Below are positions 17,269-24,014 of a stretch of 24,014 bases of DNA, piece by piece. How positions within the stretch are numbered: the first letter of the stretch is position 1; each line of letters opens with the position of its first letter. A model generated the notes under the pieces. The model was not told the DNA's origin. It did no database searches and saw only the letters and a list, made by a program, of their open reading frames with translations. Location of the stretch: the IMG/VR virus record IMGVR_UViG_3300030330_006376, positions 1 to 24,014 of that record. One strand, written 5' to 3'. The stretch is from a virus. Lineage: Duplodnaviria; Caudoviricetes. The translations under genes and the position numbers were made by a program.

Positions 17269-18534
17269 TTACCCCACAAAAATTGGCAAAGGAGAAAAAG
17301 CAAACGTTTTGGCTGCTGATTCCGCCTTCTCTGATGACACTCTGGCCAATTCCTGATATTCGGTGTCCTTGAGCATTTCCATTAATTTATCTTTAAGCTG
17401 TTGTTGTTCTTCTTTCGCTTGACTCAAAAGTTCTGAGTGGTTAAGGGTCACAGATTCGCCCGGAATAGGTATTTGGGTGAATTTTCCTCTGATCTGCCCA
17501 AGCATCTCCTTACAAAGTGCAAGAGAGTATTTTCTAATCCATTGTTTACCAATTGAGTTAATGTTTTCATATGGAATATTTGAGAACGGTAGTGTATTAA
17601 GGTTATTAACACCGTTTACACCATCATCGTAGCCAGCTTCATCTGCAGTGGATGATTGTTTTATATAAAACTGAAACCAAATCGTATCATCTTGGAAGCC
17701 AAAAAAAGACGGTGTGGGGAATAATCTCAATTTGTTGTTTTTAATTTCATAAGAGTAGTGCGAAGTTCGAGTAAAAATCGAATCTTCATACATCATAGCT
17801 TGCATTTTATTTTGCCATGTTGGAATAAGCTCGAATGTTGAATCGTCTGCGAACTGTCCATATGTGCTCATATTGCCAACAACTCCGATACCACCGTAAT
17901 AGCCGTAAAAGCGCCACATTGCACGTGGAGACTTATAAAACACCTTTGTTACATAAATTCTCTTACCGGCAACCGACCCAGAATATGCTACTGTGCGCCC
18001 ATCTTGATCTACGCCCGACAAAGAAGCGCTTTGTACAATATTTTGTAAATCATAGTCTTGCACATTCTTTGTTGGGTTAAAAGACGCTGAATAAATTGTC
18101 CTTGTGCCACCAAAGTTGCCCATTGAAGCAAGTCCGTCACCAACCTTTTGAGCATATGAAACTTGAAATCTTGGAAACTTAAGATTTGTGGCGGAGCCAG
18201 ACTTAATTTCTCCTTTGTGGTCAAAGGTGCCTGTAACATCTCCCAGTGAATCACCAAGTGAATTCTTGCTCTGATGTAAGTTGATAATGTATGAATATTC
18301 TAAAACAGCTTCTTCATAAGCAGCATAAACATTTGCCGGCGTTAATTCGATATCTACAACATCTCCGCCAAGCTTTTTATAAACGTAATTAACTTGTAGC
18401 GATGCGCCACTTAAGAAGTCAACTGAGCCAGTATAAATACCGAACGGTACAGCACTCGCAACATTATCGGCTGAGCCTGTTGAGGTTAGTATGATGGCGC
18501 TAGTAGTTGATTTTGGCGACAGATTTGTAGGCAT
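17269..18534 (-). CDS. Neck/head-tail adaptor protein (gp13-like)
   Basis: KLGGDVVDIELT and WIRKYSLALCKEMLGQIRGKF...PG..VTLN..EL. SD AGGAG upstream. Confidence 0.8.
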   Translation of the reverse strand: MPTNLSPKSTTSAIILTSTGSADNVASAVPFGIYTGSVDFLSGASLQVNYVYKKLGGDVVDIELTPANVYAAYEEAVLEYSYIINLHQSKNSLGDSLGDVTGTFDHKGEIKSGSATNLKFPRFQVSYAQKVGDGLASMGNFGGTRTIYSASFNPTKNVQDYDLQNIVQSASLSGVDQDGRTVAYSGSVAGKRIYVTKVFYKSPRAMWRFYGYYGGIGVVGNMSTYGQFADDSTFELIPTWQNKMQAMMYEDSIFTRTSHYSYEIKNNKLRLFPTPSFFGFQDDTIWFQFYIKQSSTADEAGYDDGVNGVNNLNTLPFSNIPYENINSIGKQWIRKYSLALCKEMLGQIRGKFTQIPIPGESVTLNHSELLSQAKEEQQQLKDKLMEMLKDTEYQELARVSSEKAESAAKTFAFSPLPIFVG

Positions 18535-18553
18535 GAAAAAGTCTCCTATTACT

Positions 18554-18561
18554 TAAATAGT
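18554..18561 (-). promoter_or_regulatory. ACTATTTA motif upstream of neck protein
   Basis: Plus strand TAAATAGT, 19 nt upstream of the ATG. Confidence 0.65.
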
Positions 18562-18613
18562 TAACAGTACAACAAAACCCCTGCTGATAAATGGCTGATA
18601 TTTTGAATGGCGA

Positions 18614-18943
18614 TTACTTTTTAGAGGTTTTGGACGTTGTACGAGTCTTTCTTGCTCTTGTTGCACGCTTAGTTGGGGCAGCTGCCTTTACTGTTGGTGC
18701 AGACGGGGTATCTTCTACTGGTGCTGGAGCAGGTGCGCTAGAAATTACAGTTTCTGCTTCTTCTTGCGCAGCTGCTACTTCTTTTTCAATAGTTTCAACT
18801 TTCTGTGCGATTGCGCTAATTCTTTCACTATTTGAAGTGGTAGTCGATGGCGTTGTCGTGGTGACTCTACCTGATGCCGGATGGCTTGCGTATTTAGTGC
18901 CAAACTTTTTACCTTTGGCAATGATTCTTCTTTTCTTTCCCAT
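18614..18943 (-). CDS. Small basic, low-complexity protein (109 aa)
   Basis: K/R-rich N- and C-termini with a T/P/A-rich linker. Has SD AGGAG and its own ACTATTTA motif. Confidence 0.7.
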   Translation of the reverse strand: MGKKRRIIAKGKKFGTKYASHPASGRVTTTTPSTTTSNSERISAIAQKVETIEKEVAAAQEEAETVISSAPAPAPVEDTPSAPTVKAAAPTKRATRARKTRTTSKTSKK

Positions 18944-18965
18944 GGTGGGCTCCTGTGTAGTAAAG

Positions 18966-18973
18966 TAAATAGT
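18966..18973 (-). promoter_or_regulatory. ACTATTTA motif upstream of the 109-aa gene
   Basis: Plus strand TAAATAGT. Confidence 0.65.
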
Positions 18974-19042
18974 TTGTTTTTTCTAAAAACGAAAATCTCA
19001 AAAAATGGTCGGGAAAAATTTTTGAGAGATCGACATTTTTCA

Positions 19043-19222
19043 CTATAACATCGACGGCGGGATCCATCTCGGAGGGGCAGTTATTTTATCAGTAATTTTT
19101 GATAATTGTTCTACAAAGTCTTCCATCAATTCTGATAAGGAAACAACTGTGTCTTCTAAGCTATCAATTCTTTCTTCCAATTTATCCAATCTTGATATAA
19201 TTTCTATTTCTTTATTGTTCAT
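19043..19222 (-). CDS. Unlisted 59-aa coiled-coil protein
   Basis: MNNKEIEIISRLDKLEERIDSLEDTVVSLSELMEDFVEQLSKITDKITAPPRWIPPSML*. It shows a heptad pattern, fills the gap between neighbours and starts 4 nt after an ACTATTTA motif. Confidence 0.65.
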   Translation of the reverse strand: MNNKEIEIISRLDKLEERIDSLEDTVVSLSELMEDFVEQLSKITDKITAPPRWIPPSML

Positions 19223-19226
19223 ATCG

Positions 19227-19234
19227 TAAATAGT
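19227..19234 (-). promoter_or_regulatory. ACTATTTA motif upstream of the 59-aa ORF
   Basis: Plus strand TAAATAGT, abutting the terminator T-tract. Confidence 0.6.
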
Positions 19235-19257
19235 AAAAACCCCCTCATAAGAGGGGG
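19235..19257 (-). terminator. Intrinsic terminator after the decoration-like gene
   Basis: Minus strand CCCCCTC-TTAT-GAGGGGG followed by TTTTT. Confidence 0.85.
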
Positions 19258-19286
19258 ATAAATACTTTTAATTTTAAATATACAAC

Positions 19287-19739
19287 TTATGCTGCTGCAA
19301 CCGCTGCACTTGCAAACGCGGTAATAACCCAGTTAGTACCGTTGGAATAGACGTGAAATCTATCGCCAATTGCGCCGCTGCTTAAAGTTGCGTTTGAAAA
19401 GGCGTGATCGCGCTCGGTAGCACTTGCATTAACGCTAACCATAGTTAAAACGTTATCATCTCCGGAATCTTCAGCAAGGACGTAGTTGGCTGCAGCGCCT
19501 GCGACGATCCAGTAGTGAACACCCTCGGTCCCAGACACTGCTGGTAAAGATAAGGTGAATGCTGTGCCAGTCAATGTGATAATTTTACCACTATCAGCTG
19601 CTGTAAGTGCACCCGTAGACGAAACAGACTTGCATACTCTTTCTACGCCGGCCAGGGAGCTACCCTGCATAGTTAATTCTCTTTTTAAATTCTCAATTAA
19701 TTTTTGGGTTCTAGCTAAACCCACTCTTTTTGTTCCCAT
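19287..19739 (-). CDS. Probable capsid decoration/head-fibre protein (about 150 aa)
   Basis: Immediately after the capsid gene. Ala/Gly/Ser/Thr-rich beta-type body with LTAADSGK...LSLPA. Start set at ATG 19739 (SD GGAGG at 19749-19753) rather than TTG 19745. Function inferred from position and composition. Confidence 0.5.
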   Translation of the reverse strand: MGTKRVGLARTQKLIENLKRELTMQGSSLAGVERVCKSVSSTGALTAADSGKIITLTGTAFTLSLPAVSGTEGVHYWIVAGAAANYVLAEDSGDDNVLTMVSVNASATERDHAFSNATLSSGAIGDRFHVYSNGTNWVITAFASAAVAAA

Positions 19740-19804
19740 GTTCAAAACCCTCCATTTATAATCATGTCAAAAACATATGGTAACGGATATTTCTATCCTT
19801 GCTA

Positions 19805-19812
19805 TAAATAGT
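19805..19812 (-). promoter_or_regulatory. ACTATTTA motif upstream of the decoration-like gene
   Basis: Plus strand TATAAATAGT at 19803-19812. Confidence 0.65.
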
Positions 19813-19825
19813 TAACGCATACAGG

Positions 19826-19853
19826 AAAGCCCTCGTTAAAAAACGAGGGCTTT
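19826..19853 (-). terminator. Intrinsic terminator after the major capsid gene
   Basis: 12-bp perfect stem AAAGCCCTCGTT-4 nt-AACGAGGGCTTT, 26 nt past the capsid stop. Confidence 0.8.
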
Positions 19854-19879
19854 ACACTGTAGTTGTGCTAAATTATGAT

Positions 19880-21688
19880 TTAGCTACCGGATTCTCCAAG
19901 GAGACCGCGGACGACAACAAGACCGTACATATCAGGACGCACCATCTTCTTGGCATAACGCGTCATGACTCCCTTACGGGGTACGAAGTCTTCTGGTCCG
20001 AAGATCGTAGGAGTGGTTTGCAGTGGTACGTATGGAGCGTACACGTATCCGCTTTCGAGGAAAGAGGAGCCGCGACGACCAACGAGGATCACGTTGCGAA
20101 GGAAGTATGGGTCAACAATGACATCAAACTTCTTGCTAAGCGAACCAACGTTCACTGCACCGACAGAGCCGGTTTCATCGTCGTGAGTGACAGATGCGCG
20201 GAATCCAGCGGTGAACTCAAGGATGTTGGCGACTTCAGGTCCGCAGACGATGAAGTTAGCGCCACCACGAAGAGTCTTGCGGTGGATTGCAGCGGAGACA
20301 TCGTTGATGGTCTCAACAAGGGTCTCGTACCACTCAGAAACGGTACCGGTGAAATCGGGAGCAGCAGAGCTTGCACCAATCTCGACACCGTTAGAATCAA
20401 CGAAGAGGCCCGGAGCACGGGACCAGTAACGAGTAGCAGCAGTTGCACCGTTAACAAGATCACCAAGGATCTCACGGTCAATCTCAAGAGCAATTTGCTC
20501 GGAGAGAATGCTTGTCAACTCGACCTCAGCGTCAAGGTTGTGGTAGGCGTTAAGGTCTTGACCTAACTCCGGGGTCCACTTAGCCTTGAGCTTCTTCGTT
20601 TGAGCGGTAACAGCAATGCTGTCAACCTTGATGTCGATCTCTGGGATCAACTCAGAACCCTCAAGTCCCCACTCAGCCTGACCAACAACTGAGCCAAGGG
20701 CTCCACCATTAGTCAAATCATCGATTTGTGGGCAACTCATAGAGAGATGCTCGTTGTCATCAGCCTCAATAGCAGGAGTACTGGTGTCGGTGGTAACGAA
20801 AACAAGGTTAAGGTTACCATCTCCGCGACCTGCAGAAAGGCCATTACTACCAGTAGTCACGTTCGTCAAACGACGAATTTGTGTAGTGGTAGCTGCGGTA
20901 ATACCAGAATCCTTATTAAGGACGTGGCGCAACGAGTCAATGGAGCAAGAGAATGCGCCAAGGTTGTTATAGTCAGCTTGAGAACCAGCGCCAGAGCTTT
21001 GAATAGAACTCTTGGGGATTTCAAGTGCAATAACGTAGTGGCCAGAACCACTAAGTGCAAGCAAGTCAGGATCATAATCGATCAACTTGTTTTGTGCATC
21101 GGTACCGTTACCAATAAGGAAACCGCGTACAGCCATGCCACTTGCAGTAACGTTAAACGACGCAGTAGGCGAAGCATAAGCGTAACCGCGGGCACTAACG
21201 GTGCGAGGACCAGAAAGGTCTTCACCCTTGGAGCCGACAAGGTCAACACCACCAGTTACTTGAGAACCAACACGGTTGGTACCGTAAATGGACTCGTTAA
21301 CGGAGTTACCGAATCTATCGGTAATGGTAGTGCTGCTTCCGAGATCGGGTGAATACACGAAATCAAGGAAGAAGATGAGACCCGAGGGGAGACTCATCGG
21401 CTGAACGGAAACGAGATCGTTTGCGATCAAGCCAGCGAAAACACGGCGGACGATGGGGAACGCGACGGCAGCAAAGCCCTCAACATCTCCAGCGGCCATA
21501 GAAGTACTCTCGCGAAGTAGTTCTTTTGCTTGGTTTTCAAGCAAGCGAGCCATCGAACCCTTTTGACGGTCGTTATTAAGACCCTCAAGAAGACCGGTCT
21601 TCTCCCACTTGGAAAGAAGAGCGTGGTTTTCTGCTCGCATATCACGATTGACCACACCTTCGGTCAATCTTTCGATAATACTAGACAT
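19880..21688 (-). CDS. gp23: Major capsid protein, T4 gp23-like (602 aa)
   Basis: LLENQ, PIVRR, VSVQPMSLPSGLIF, KKLKAKWTPELGQDLNAYH, EIDREI, YAPYVPL, F-x-P-x-KGVMTRY. SD AGGAGGTGAT at 21694-21703. Confidence 0.95.
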   Translation of the reverse strand: MSSIIERLTEGVVNRDMRAENHALLSKWEKTGLLEGLNNDRQKGSMARLLENQAKELLRESTSMAAGDVEGFAAVAFPIVRRVFAGLIANDLVSVQPMSLPSGLIFFLDFVYSPDLGSSTTITDRFGNSVNESIYGTNRVGSQVTGGVDLVGSKGEDLSGPRTVSARGYAYASPTASFNVTASGMAVRGFLIGNGTDAQNKLIDYDPDLLALSGSGHYVIALEIPKSSIQSSGAGSQADYNNLGAFSCSIDSLRHVLNKDSGITAATTTQIRRLTNVTTGSNGLSAGRGDGNLNLVFVTTDTSTPAIEADDNEHLSMSCPQIDDLTNGGALGSVVGQAEWGLEGSELIPEIDIKVDSIAVTAQTKKLKAKWTPELGQDLNAYHNLDAEVELTSILSEQIALEIDREILGDLVNGATAATRYWSRAPGLFVDSNGVEIGASSAAPDFTGTVSEWYETLVETINDVSAAIHRKTLRGGANFIVCGPEVANILEFTAGFRASVTHDDETGSVGAVNVGSLSKKFDVIVDPYFLRNVILVGRRGSSFLESGYVYAPYVPLQTTPTIFGPEDFVPRKGVMTRYAKKMVRPDMYGLVVVRGLLGESGS

Positions 21689-21715
21689 TTTAAATCACCT
21701 CCTTTTTATATATGA

Positions 21716-22891
21716 TTATTTTATTCCAGCTAGTCTTTTCATCCTATCCTGCAATGGATCGGATGCGGGCATTTCTTTACGAGTTGCCCGAAGAACAGTA
21801 TTGCGTCGACCGATTGCTTCGCTCAGTGATTTTGGCGACTTCTTAGGAGTCGACTCCACTGTGCTTTGAAGTGTATCATAGATTGTCTTCGCCTCTGTTA
21901 CAGAACCAGCGCTCGAAATTGCTTCGACAATTTTATCTTTTTGTCGCTCATTCAGGGAGGAATTTCTCAAAACACGGTTCGTATAGAGCAAGCGTGCATT
22001 AGAAAGATTTACGTCTTGTAAATTTTCTTTAAGCTCTTGGAAGGCTTGCTCATATTTTTGATTTTGCTCGTTGAGTTGTCTATTCTCAAAAACCAACTCT
22101 TCTTGAGCCTTTTTCAAAGCTTCCAATTCTTCTTCCACATCCGTACTGCGACGGTGTGCTAATTCTTTTTCGATTTGATACTTTGTATCATCAGACGATC
22201 TTCCGGCCCAACCAGCAAGGTCAGCGCCCATGTCGACTGTAAGTTTTTCCATAATCGCATCCACAAGAGAATCGGCGTCCAATTCTTCGTTAACGTCGGT
22301 TTCTTCATCGTCATCAGGGACGGGAGTTCTTTTGTGTCGTTGACGGCGAGCTTTGCTTTGCTTAGCTTGTGCCAATTCTTCAATTTCTTCTTCGTTGAGT
22401 TCGTCGCTAGACAGCAGCTCTTCAAGACTGACTTCAACCTCTGCATCTTCAGTCGACTCAGAAAGTGTTTTTAAGCTTTCTTCCAAGGCACCAAGATCAA
22501 TATTTAATTCAGTCTCGGCTCCCGAATTTAAAAAAGAGTTTAGATTTTTGCCATCAAGATCTGCAAAATCATCTGTCGCTGCAAGTGGAATATCAGGTGC
22601 CAATTCGGTATCTTGCTCTGCTGCGGCTTCTTCGCCTTCGGCTGGGGCTCCTTCCGCTCCCATTGCTGCTTCTAAATCAGCGGCACCAGCATCTGCTGCA
22701 GGGGCAGCTGCAGCATCTTCTCCGCCCTCAATACCAAGGGCAGCAAGAGTGTCGTCCTGTTCTAAAAGCTCCTCTAAGGTTTTCTTAACCTCTGTGGAAT
22801 ACTTTTCAATAACGATCGTTTCTGCGTTTTTCAAAGCTGCCTCTCTAAGCGCTTTCGCATCGATAATAGCTTCATCAAGCAAGTTAGACAT
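21716..22891 (-). CDS. Prohead core/scaffolding protein (gp22-like)
   Basis: Very acidic, with a C-terminal coiled coil ending RMKRLAGIK; directly upstream of the capsid gene. SD AGGAG. Confidence 0.75.
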   Translation of the reverse strand: MSNLLDEAIIDAKALREAALKNAETIVIEKYSTEVKKTLEELLEQDDTLAALGIEGGEDAAAAPAADAGAADLEAAMGAEGAPAEGEEAAAEQDTELAPDIPLAATDDFADLDGKNLNSFLNSGAETELNIDLGALEESLKTLSESTEDAEVEVSLEELLSSDELNEEEIEELAQAKQSKARRQRHKRTPVPDDDEETDVNEELDADSLVDAIMEKLTVDMGADLAGWAGRSSDDTKYQIEKELAHRRSTDVEEELEALKKAQEELVFENRQLNEQNQKYEQAFQELKENLQDVNLSNARLLYTNRVLRNSSLNERQKDKIVEAISSAGSVTEAKTIYDTLQSTVESTPKKSPKSLSEAIGRRNTVLRATRKEMPASDPLQDRMKRLAGIK

Positions 22892-22925
22892 AAAATGACT
22901 CCTAAATCAACATTATAGTTCAAAA

Positions 22926-22933
22926 TAAATAGT
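22926..22933 (-). promoter_or_regulatory. ACTATTTA motif upstream of the scaffold-capsid operon
   Basis: Plus strand TAAATAGT, 34 nt upstream of the ATG. Confidence 0.65.
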
Positions 22934-22980
22934 GTTGTTTATATTGAAAACCCGTTTTTTTTAGTTGAGTAGATTATAAG

Positions 22981-24014
22981 TTAGAGAACGGCGGTGTTAT
23001 ACTCCCAAATACACGTCACATTGTAATCAGCGCCATTTGCTGGGGGGTTGACTTTTACACCAATAATTTCGCCGGGAGAGTATTGCGGATTTGAGCCCGT
23101 GAATGTGAATGCATATGATGTGTTTGCATTTGTCATGGTAGCCGTAACTGCTTCGACTTCCGTGCCGGCACCACCGGCGAAATCTTCTGTTCCATCCCCT
23201 GCTTTTATTAATGAAACTACAACGCTTCCATTTAGAGCATTTTTAGAACGAACCCAAACTTTCAGAAGTCGGCCCGGTAACGGCGCAATCATATGATTTC
23301 TCCTGTCACCGCCAGTCGACTCCACTTCAGTTACGAATGGAATATGAACAGCTGCAGTACCGGTGTTGGAATAACAGTGATGGGTAATGTGAGTCATTCC
23401 TGTGCTTCTAACAGTTCCGCTTACAATTAATTCACCTGTAATCTGCGTTGAGCCAGTAACAGAAAGAGTGTGTGATGGAGCGCTTGTTCCAATGCCGACT
23501 CTATCGTTACTATCATCGTAAACAAAGTTTGATTCACCGCCGAATGAGCCTCCATTATTGTATTGCACTTGTCCATCTGAGCCACCGGGCGATCCGCCAC
23601 CACCACCTACTGATGACCAGCTAGTTGCCCCATTACCATCTGTAACAAGTGCCTGACCATCGCTACCTTCGGTCGGAGGTAAAACAAAGTTTACATCACC
23701 AGAATATTGAGCGTGTGCTGGAGCTTTCAAGGTAACCTTGTGTGCATTACTGACTTCACAGTACAGCTCAATTTTTGAAGGCGAACCTGTGCTGGTACGC
23801 ATTGTAATTGTACCATCCGAAACCGATACACCACCGGCATGAAGTTGAGAACCGGTGACACCGGAGGATGCAGATATATGTCCAGTAGATACAATATCAG
23901 CGGAAGATATTCCGACGCTTGCTGTTAAGTCACCAGTCACATTAAGTGTCTCGCCATCAAATGTGAGCGCGGATTCGCCTTGAACTGTTGTGGAGTTTAC
24001 AGAAGTTATAATTC
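22981..24014 (-). CDS. Fibre-like virion structural protein (3' part; frame open to the right edge)
   Basis: The frame continues upstream of the track's 23940 (IITSVNSTTVQGESALTFDGETLNV...). It carries fibre-type motifs GQALVTDGNG, GGSDGQVQYNNGGSFGG and RVGIGTSAPSHTLSV, then a C-terminal beta-rich domain. Confidence 0.7.
   Translation of the reverse strand, partial: IITSVNSTTVQGESALTFDGETLNVTGDLTASVGISSADIVSTGHISASSGVTGSQLHAGGVSVSDGTITMRTSTGSPSKIELYCEVSNAHKVTLKAPAHAQYSGDVNFVLPPTEGSDGQALVTDGNGATSWSSVGGGGGSPGGSDGQVQYNNGGSFGGESNFVYDDSNDRVGIGTSAPSHTLSVTGSTQITGELIVSGTVRSTGMTHITHHCYSNTGTAAVHIPFVTEVESTGGDRRNHMIAPLPGRLLKVWVRSKNALNGSVVVSLIKAGDGTEDFAGGAGTEVEAVTATMTNANTSYAFTFTGSNPQYSPGEIIGVKVNPPANGADYNVTCIWEYNTAVL

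Noticed and set aside
19755-19770. TTGACA and TATAAA on the minus strand in the decoration-gene leader
   Set aside because: Only 4 nt apart, so not a sigma70 geometry.
19865-21352. Long plus-strand ORFs (233 and 208 aa) opposite the capsid gene
   Set aside because: Antisense shadows expected from biased codon usage in a highly expressed gene; no SD or recognisable motifs.
22175-22898. Ser-rich plus-strand ORFs opposite the scaffold gene
   Set aside because: Reverse-complement artefact of Glu/Asp/Ala codons.
1-24014. Stop-codon reassignment, CRISPR arrays, tRNAs, introns/inteins, DGR repeats
   Set aside because: All three stops end genes normally and coding density is high in code 11. I saw no repeat-spacer array, cloverleaf, split gene or TR/VR pair by eye; dedicated scans were not run.

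Overview
Genome segment of a large tailed myovirus (Caudoviricetes) with T4-superfamily structural proteins. Every credible gene is on the minus strand. In transcription order (right to left): partial fibre-like protein, prohead scaffold (gp22-like), major capsid protein (gp23-like, 602 aa), probable capsid decoration protein, two small orphans (one 59-aa ORF is missing from the ORF track), neck/head-completion/tail-terminator proteins (gp13/14/15-like), tail sheath (gp18-like), tail tube (gp19-like), a tail-assembly chaperone pair joined by a T7 slippery run, tape measure, three baseplate proteins, a 398-aa unknown, a compact family A DNA polymerase, a degenerate tubulin/FtsZ-fold protein and the 5' part of a gp32-like SSB. 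Four observations stand out. (1) An 8-mer, ACTATTTA on the coding strand, lies in seven intergenic gaps and is the reverse orientation of the T4 late-promoter core. (2) There is a candidate +1/-2 frameshift just before the tape measure gene. (3) A mini-PolA and a tubulin lacking its GTPase signature are coupled by stop/start overlaps to the baseplate operon. (4) [ST][GA]S tripeptides are enriched in surface-type virion proteins. All protein assignments come from motif recognition and synteny, not from database searches.
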